Virus record (IMG/VR): IMGVR_UViG_3300049889_000013
Coordinates: 1 to 46,840 of that record
DNA: 46,840 nucleotides
From: a virus
Taxonomy: Duplodnaviria; Caudoviricetes
Strand: one strand, 5' to 3'
The translations under genes were made by a program, and so were the position numbers. Positions 7,271-16,200 of this stretch are shown here, in pieces. Below the pieces are notes generated by a model. The model was not told where the DNA came from and did not search any database. It saw only the letters and a list, made by a program, of their open reading frames with translations. Each line of letters starts with the position of its first letter. Position 1 is the stretch's first letter.

Positions 7271-10200
7271 TTGCCTCCGGGGGTTGCGGGGTAGCGGGAT
7301 TTTCCACCTATGCCACGGGCTATATTAACCATCTGCGCCATGAGCACACGCAGCCGCTGCCGCTTGACCTCGGGGGTGAGGGCGTCCGATTCGTACACGC
7401 CGGTCATTGCCGCGCGCAGGTCCTTCAGCGCCTGGCCCGCGGCTTTGATCTGATCCGCTTTCTGCAGCACGTCCCGATTGCGCGCGATGTAGCTCTTGAG
7501 CTGATCGCCGCTGTAGTGCGGGATCGAGGCCTTCACACGGTCGAGGCGATCGGAGAGCGCGTAGAAGTCCGCCAGGCTCTGCGCGCTCGAGGGCTCCAGC
7601 TCGCGACCGAACATCATCTGCAGGCCGGGGATTGATTGCTTCCAATCGTCCGCCGGCGGCGGCGTCTTGGTGATGCCGGCGAGCGGGCGGAACACACCAT
7701 CGTCGATCGACTTGACCACCGAGCGCCCGAAGGTGCCGGTGTAGCCGTAGATCAGGTGATCGATGAGCAGCGGGCTCATGTTCAGGTGCTTCCCGATGAA
7801 CTTGGCGGTTTCGCTGGTGAAGCGCTTCTGCTGCAGCTCCGGCTCCAGCCGCTTGAGATCGTCGGGCACGATCGGCCGCTGGTTGAAGTAGTCGTAGTTG
7901 GCGGCCACTTCGTACAGAGGCTTGAGCGCGGTCACCATGTCGAGCGCCATGTTGAGCGCTGCGCCGGGCGACGGGATCAGCTCCTGCAGGAGCTTGGGAT
8001 CCTCATTCAGCGCGGCTTCGATCATCGCCGGCAGCGCGGTGCCGAGCACGAAGCCCCACTCCTGGGGCTTGCGGAAGCGAAACCAGCTCCGCGTCGTCTT
8101 GGGATCGCCGATCGGGAAGAGCCAATAGCCCTGCCGTTCGTTTGCGCGCTCCTGGTAATCGGGATTGTCTTTGCAAAGGTAATTGAGCAGCAGAGACATC
8201 GCCACCAGTGGCAGCGAGCGGATGAACATCGTGCCCGGCCGGTTCTTCACGTTGCGCGCGAAGGTGTCGGTGCCCTGGATCATCGCGTTGAAGAACGCGC
8301 GCAGCTTGCCGACGTCCTTGGCCCACGATCCGCCGCGGTTGAAGTCCACCGTCACGTCGCGCGCAGCCAGAGACGCGCGGGCGAGGCCTTCGCGGTTCAC
8401 GCCCTCCTTCTTCAGCGCCCGGGCAAACTCGCCGAGGCGCGTGGCGTCGTCGGATCCGTTGCTCAGCGCCTCCAGCAGATCGATGAATCGGGCCGGCATG
8501 TTCAGCCAGTGCTTCGCGCTGCCGAAGGCCGAGCGGTAGAGCTTGTGCATCTCGCGCTCGATCGGATCGTCCATCGAGCCCACCATGCCGGCGTGCGAGG
8601 CCTTGGAGTGCAGGTAGAGCTGGTAGGTCTCGTCCCGGCGCAGCAGGTGATAGAGCCCGACGGCGTTGTCCACGATCGGAAGGAAGCCATAGCGGGTTTG
8701 CATCCGCGCCGTGATCGTGTCGCGCATCACGTTGCCGGTCACAAAGTTGAGGTACAGCGTGAAGCCGCGGCGCATGATGCTCGCCGGCAGGGTCAGCACC
8801 CGGAGGATCAGGTTCTTGGAGTCGAGCGACGTCGTGCGCGCGGTGACCGCGTCGTAGAGCGCCGGATCGTGCAGCTGCCACACGTGGATCTTGCCGGCCA
8901 CGCGCAGGGCGATCTCCAGGTCCCGCGGGTTGTGCGCGATCGGCCGGAAGATCGTGAACGTCTGCTGCAGGTCGATCTTCGGCGGGATCGTGCCGCCAGG
9001 TCCCGACGGCTCGAAGTCGAGCGGATCCGCGCCGGCGGCGATGAGGTACTTTTTGATCTCTTCGAGCTGGCCACTGGTCGGCGCGATCGGCCGGGTGATC
9101 TTGTCGGCGTAGGTGTAATCCTTCCCTTTGCGGATCAGCTCGAACGCCAGCAGCCCGGCGCGGTTGCCGTCCACCAGGTCCACCATCCGGCGGATGTTTC
9201 GGATCATCGCCCCGATCGGGCGCTCGATGCGTCGGCCGCTGCCGCGGATCTGATGCAGCGCCTTGCCCTTGTCCACAAGGCCCGCGGAGCTGCCGTGCTG
9301 TTCCATGTAGTCGAGCACTCGGCTCCAGCGCACGTAACGCTGGTTGAGCGCGATCACAGCGTCGATCTGCCCGGGGGCGAAGAAGCCGCTTTGCTCCATG
9401 TAGCTCTTGAGCACGGCATGATTCCAACGCCACACACCCTGCGCCGCGGCGCGGAACGCCGGCGACTCATACTTGGCGATCGTCGCCTTGGCCTGATCCC
9501 AGGAGACGCCGAGCGGGCCGGCTTCGGGATCGACGACGTGCTTCAACTCGCGCACGTGTTTGCCCGTCGTCGGATCCACCGTCGCGGCCTGTGTGTACAG
9601 CTCGTCGGCGCGCTGCGCAACCAGGTAGGCCTCGAAGTTGCGGATCTGCTTTGCCGAGCGGATCCCGTTCTCGCGCATCACCGGCTCGATGCCCTTGGCC
9701 ACCGTCCGGCCGTCGCGATCGCGGACGCCGTACTTCACCCAGGAAAGCACCATGCCCGGATTGCCCGCGTTGAGCCGCGCCGCCACGTAGGCGTCGGCGT
9801 CGAACGTGTCGGGGAGCTGGCCGCCGCCGATGATGTCCTTGCGCATCCAGTCGAGCGGGGCAAAGTGATCGGCGATGTGGCGGTAGAGGTAGCTGTAAGC
9901 GCCCTCGTTGCCGCGCGGGCTGCGGATCGTCGGCCCGTCGTCGTCGAAGTTGATCTGACTCTCGAGCTTTTGGACGGGATCTTGCGCAAGGTACTGCGCG
10001 TACATTCCCTGCAGCTCTTTGATTGCCTGCCAAAGCTCCGGCTCTTTGAGCGTCTCGCCCTCGAACCAGGTGGAGTAACCCGGCGCCAGCGTCTGCGCCT
10101 GCACCGGGTCATACATGAAGATCCGGAACCACTCGGCCACACCTTCCTTGCGGACCTGCGCCTTGGTGTAGCTCTTGCGCGACGTGCGACGGCCGAGCGG

Positions 10201-13200
10201 CAGCAGCTCGGTGTCGAACGTCGCCGGCGGCTTGAGCCCGGTGATTCGATCGTCGATTGCGTGGCCCACTTCGTGCGCGAGCACCGCGATCTGATTGGCC
10301 ACGTGCTGCCGGATCAGCTTGTTCCAGTAGTACCCCAGCGCGCGCCGCTTGGGGCCGGCGAGGCGGCGCTGTTTGCCGACGGCGACGGCCAGCTTGAGCT
10401 TGTTGATCACGAAGTCTGTGATCTGCTGGCGGCTCATCGTCTGCGGTTGATGCTTCGCGCTCAGCACCGCCGGCGGGATGTTGGGCGTCGTCGCGTGGAG
10501 CTGGAGCTGCGGAGGCAGCTGGTCGACGATCGACGTCGGCAGCTCCGCCGGCTGGCCGCCACCTTCCGGCGGCGTGAAGAGATTGCGCTGGCTGCTTTTG
10601 CCGAACAGCGCTTTGACGGTCTCGATCTTCCCGCGCGGGACGTACAACCCGCTCACCACGTTCTCGCCCTGCTGCATCGTGACGTAGTGATTGCGCAGCG
10701 CCTGGGATCCGCTCTTGCCGTAGATGGCGTCCTGAATCACCGGGAGAGGGACCGCGTCCTTGGGGCGCGTCAGCAGTTTGCCCTGCAGGATCCCGTAGGT
10801 TTCGCCCGTCGTGCTTTCGACGGTGTGGATCTGCAGCGGGTGGTTGGTGTCGAGTTCGATCGACTGGCGGATCATGCCGCGGTTGCGCCGCGCCACTTTG
10901 CCGCCGGTCTTTGCCGACTCGATCGCCTCCAGCTCCTGCCAGCGCGCGTGTGCCTTGTCGTAGATCTCGTTGCCGAGCTGGTGCGGCAGCATCATCAGAT
11001 CATTCTGGAAGTCGCGCCAGCTCAGATCGTCCTCGTCGAGCTTGCCCTGGTGGAGAAGAAGATCCTGCTGCTGGCGCGGCAGTGCCCGCACGGTCTCGTT
11101 GATCGCGCGGTGCCACGTCGAGCTTTCCATGTCGAAGTCATTCAGCGCATCGCTCTCCGCGCCGGCGTCCTCTTGCCCTTTGCTGATGGCGCCCAGGCTC
11201 TTCATGCGCGCGGCGATCGTCGCCTGAAACTTGCGCTCCCCGGCGATCGGCGTGAAGATGGTCAGCGCGGCCGGGCTGGTCACCTGGTTGGCGCGGTCGA
11301 CGCGGCCGAGGGACTGCTTAAACTCCTTGCTGTCCCAATCCAGATCGAGCACCACCATGAACCGCCGGCCACTGCCCAGATCCTGCAGGTTGATCCCGGT
11401 CGTGCCCGCGGGGCTGATCACCGCCACCTTGCGCTTGCCGGATTGAAACTCTGCATTCTGCTCGATGCGCGCCTTGGGCGACGTCGCGCCGACGATCGCC
11501 GCCACGTTCTTCTCCCCGAACGCGTCGAGGATCTTCTGCAGGGGAGAGGGGCTCTTGTCGCGCCCGGTCGCTGCGAGCTGCTGGCGGATGGCTTTGAGGG
11601 CCGCGATCGCGTCGGGCTGATCTTCCCACTTCTGGATCTCACCTTTGGCGTCCTTCACCGCGCGCTGGGTGGGGATCGCGTCGAGCACGGCGCCGAGGTT
11701 GCCGCCCTGGCCGGTCAGATGCGTGTCACTGACGCCGAGGATCTTGAACACCACCTGCTCGCCGCGCGCGAGGGCCGCCTGCGCTTCGGCGATCGCCGCC
11801 GGCAGCCGGTACTCCACCAGCAGCCGCTTGATGAAGAAGATCGCCTGGCCATCCGGCCGCGGCGGGCTCCACAGCTGGCCCTTTTTCTTGGGGTGTGGCC
11901 ACTTCGAATTGTTCACCAGCTTCCGCGCCGACGCGTACAGGCGGATCGCGTGGTTGAGGTTCTCGGCCATGACGTCGTAGAGCGCCAGCTGCTCGGGCGT
12001 GACGGCCGCCTCGCGCATGTTGAATTCGAACCCACCGCGCCAGAAGTCGAGCGAGTGGTACGCGTTGTCCATTTTCAGCTCGCGCATGAGCTGCTCGATG
12101 ATCGGCGTGGCGATCGACTCGCGCCAGCTCCCCGCCTTGCTGATGCCGGTGGCGTTCTGCAGCCAGCCGTCGAAGGTCGACGTGCTGAGCTTCTCGGCCA
12201 TCTTCGGCGGATCCCACAGGCGCAGCCCGTACATGAACTTCAGCGCGGCGATGTCCGACGCCGGCGTGGCCGTCATGTAGACGAAGTGGCGCTGGCCGCT
12301 CGGCAGCAGTGCTTCATGCAGCAGCTCCAGGGCATTGGCGCGCTGGGTGTCGCCTTCGAGGTTCGAAAGCAGGTGCGCTTCGTCGACGATCACCAGGTCC
12401 GGGCGCCAGTCGGTGAAGGGCTTGAGGTACTTCACCAGGTTGAAGCTGTCGCCGAGCATCACCGTGGGCGCGTTTCGCGTCTGGTACTGCGTGAGGCCCG
12501 CCGGCTCCATGCCCGACGCGTTGACGATGCTCAGGCCCTGCGCGGCCAGCGGATCGAACGTCGCGCGCTGCTCGACGGTGAACGTGTTGATCAGGTCGGC
12601 GATGTTCTGACGGTTCTTGGTGAGAACAAGAATCTTGCGCTTGCCGGAGAGGCCGGCGAGGCTGCGGTAGATCTGGTCGGCGATCGTCGCGCCGATGACG
12701 CGCGACTTGCCCACGCCGACGTCGTCGGCGATCAGCGCGCCGGCGTTGGCGACGTGGATCCGGTACCCGATCGCGGCCGCTTGATCGCGCTGGGGGTCGG
12801 AGACGTCGGCGGCGGCGCGGGGGTCGAGCTCGTAGCCGGCGAGGTCCCCGGCGCGGACGCCGGCGAGGGCTTTTGATTCGACGAGAAGTCGGGGGTGATG
12901 ATGTCCCCGCCGCCACGGAGGAAGCGGAACATAAGGGCTAACCCGGTCGCTGCGGAGTGCGTCGAGATAATGCGCGGACTGTCCTGGTCCGAGCCACTCA
13001 GGTAACCCATCGCGTCGTCCAGGCTCGTCAGGAAGGCCTGCTCCCGATCCTTCACTTCCGGGAACCACGCCGGCGTTACCTGATCCTGGTCGAACGTCAG
13101 AACCTCCGACCAGCTCTCCCCCAGGTGCGGAGCCGTCCCCGGCCCCTCCTGTTGGAGTCGCTCCAGCACGTCCTTGAGCCGCGCTTGCCTTCCGAAGTCG

Positions 13201-16200
13201 ATCACTGGCCGCCTCTCGTTTGAACGGGGGAAGCTCGCCGATGGCGCTCTTCACGTCCTCATCGGCTGCCAGGTCGCTCCACAGCTTCGACAGCAGATCG
13301 GTGAAGCCGCTGTCCTCGACCGTGTAGCCCAGGTCCTTGAGGATCCCGCTCAGATCCGAGCGTACCCCTTCGGCCCACCGGCGCAACATCTTGTCGCCGG
13401 CTTCGGCCTGTTGTTCAAGGTGAAAAGTGGCAATCCGGGCAAGACGTTCCGCCACCGCGGGATCTTTGAGCAGCTCGGCGGGGTTGATCGATTGATCGCC
13501 GCCGGCGGTGGCCATGAACGTCGGGCCCTGGCCTGTGATCCGCCGCGGCATGTGCAGCGCGCCGCGCAGTGTCTGACTCATCAGCTCGGGATAGCTGAGC
13601 ATGTCGCGCAGCTCGTCGAGGGTGGAGAAGTACTTCTCGGGCCCGCCGCCGAAGAGACCGCCGCCCGCGCGCTCGAGCTTGCCGGCCGTCACGGGCTTGC
13701 CTGCTCGATCGGTGGGGACGTCGTTCTCGAACGCCGCGGCCCATGCTTTCGCCGGCGTCACTTGTGAATCGGTCGCGAAGGCAAAGGTGGTCTCGCCGGG
13801 CCGGAAGTTGCGCGCGTGATCCATGTAGGCGCGGATCCGCTCGCGCCAGCCCACGCTGTTGTCGTTGACCAGGCGGCGCAGCAGCAGCCGCGCGCGCTTC
13901 ATGTCCGACTCGGTGATCCGATCGGCCACCATCAGCTTCTGACCGTCGGCCGCCTCGCCCTTGAGCCAGGCATCCAGCGGGGCCTGCGCCGCGCGCCAGC
14001 GGAGGAAGCCGTACAGCGCCTGCTGCAGATCTGCGGTGAAGTCCCATTCGCGCCCGAGCGTCTTGGGGTAAACGATGCCGAAGAGGTTGCCGGTGATCTT
14101 GTTGGCCGTCGCCGCCGGCAGGTTGTCGAACACGCCGACGTCGGGAATCGCCACCGCCTGCAGGATGCGCTCAATGAGGCGCTTGCCGTCCTCGCTGAGC
14201 ATCCCGGTCTCGGGGTGCTCGAAGCGCGCGTACTCCTGTTTGGTGAGAACCTCGCTCTTGATCAGCCAGCTCTTGAGTTCGGCCACTTTCGCCGGTGTGC
14301 TCATCACTTCGCGGATCGATTCATCGTCGCCGAGCACCGACTGCAGGCGCTCCAGCGTGCCCGGGCTGTCGAGCAGGATCCGCGCGCGGCTGGCGGCGTC
14401 CATCGCGCCGCTCATCTCCTGCGTGCGTCCCTTCTGCAGCACCCGCACCAGCACGCGCATTCGCGCGGGGTCGTTGGTCTCTTCCTGGATCACGCGCACG
14501 AGAACCGGATCCTCGACGCCGGCGGCGTCCTCTTTGCGGATCCCGAATCGCTCGGCCGAGCCGATCACCAGGCTGCGGAAGTTGGTCGCGCGCGTGCTCT
14601 TGCCGTCGCCGCGCATCACACCGCCCATGCCGTACACGCGCTGGATGACCATCGCGCGCGAGTTGCCGCCCATGACGCGGCCGTTGGGCAGGATCATGGG
14701 CGGGCCGTTCACCGGGTCGGGGTTGTCGGTCAGCAGCCACACCGGGTTGAAGTCGAGATCGTTCTGCTGGACCTTGGCCTTCTCATCCTTCGAGTGCTGG
14801 TAATCGCGCTCCTGGACGTTGGGCGGGTACTTCTCGCTCGGCTTGAAGGTGTGCGCGTCGTGCGAGGGGATCAGATCCTTCGCCGACACGATCGCGTAGG
14901 CCGACGGCACCGGGTCGGTGGCGGTCTCGATCGGCTGCGCGCGGCCCACCAGCTGCTTGATCGCGGGGAGCTGCTCGACGGGCTCGATGCCCAGCGCCTT
15001 GCGCGCTTTGGCCTCCAGCTCGGGCGTGAGTTTGATGAAGCGGCCGGCGCGGCTGACTTTGATCTTGCCGTCGGCGCGGTGGGTGAACTGATACGGGCCC
15101 TGATTGACGATCTTGGATGCGCCCGGCTCGGTGATCGCCGGCGGGATCCACGTGGGCGTGCCTGTCGGGTTTCCCCCAGGTGGGAGATCGCCGGCGGTGG
15201 CCCTCACGCCAGCCGCCGGCTTCTCGTCGTTTAGTAGCCGCCCTTGCCCTTGCCGCTCTTCTTCGAGCCGCCCTTCTTCGCCGGCGGTCGAGCCGAGTTG
15301 CGCTTCGTCGTTGCCTTCGACTTCGCGCCCATCATCTTGGACTTGTTGGTTGCTGCCATGGTTGGTGCCTCCTTTCTCGGCGGGCAGTGTATCACCCGCG
15401 CGGGCCGGCTCCAGTCGCTCGACGGTTTCTTTTGCGCGCGCCGCCAGCTCGCCGGTTTTCACCGCTTCACCCTTGAGCTGATGAAGGAGATCTTTGTTGC
15501 CGGCCAATCCACTCTCGAGATCGGCAGCGACGGGCGCCTTCTCCGGCAGCCGGTTCTGCAGCTGACCCTTGAGCTGGTCGTAGTGCTTCAGCGCCTCTTT
15601 GAGCGGGAGGCGCGTGCCGTCCGGGAACACCACGGCCTCGACGTCGTCGGGGTGGACGTAGCTCTTCCCCTCGCTGGTGACTGCGATGTGGTTGACGAGC
15701 CCCTTCGCCGGCGTGCCCCGGTTGGTACCAGGCTTGAGCACAACCGCCACGGGGAGTTCAGAGGATCGTCCCACGGCGTAGGTGATGGCTGTAGAGGGGG
15801 TGTCGGAACCGAACCCGCCCGCTGGCACAAGCTCAGCGTCAATATCGCCAGAAAGGCGAGAAGGATGAATCCCGTCGCGCGCGATGAGCTGCAGATTTCG
15901 GGCGTCCGTGCCATGGATCACTTCTCCGGGTTTGACCGCGCGCATCAGGCCGGCCTTCTGCTCGGCGCGGTTCTTGATCATCGACGTGGGGGCCACGCCG
16001 GTCGGCTTCTTCACTTCCGTCTTGGTCGATCGCGCCGGCTCGGGCGCGCCGATCGCTTCGATGACGGGGACCTGTTTGAATCCGGCGTTTTGCGCCGCGG
16101 CGAGCTGATCCGCGCCGTCGAGCACCTGCCACCCGCCGTTGGCCAGCTTGCGAACGACGATCGGGGGGACCGCGTCCGATTGGTTCTCGGGGCCCGGTGC

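Noticed and set aside
7636-12876. 1746-aa plus-strand ORF and other long antisense ORFs (e.g. 21910..23835, 31737..33374)
   Set aside because: They mirror strongly biased minus-strand genes in high-GC DNA and carry no motifs.
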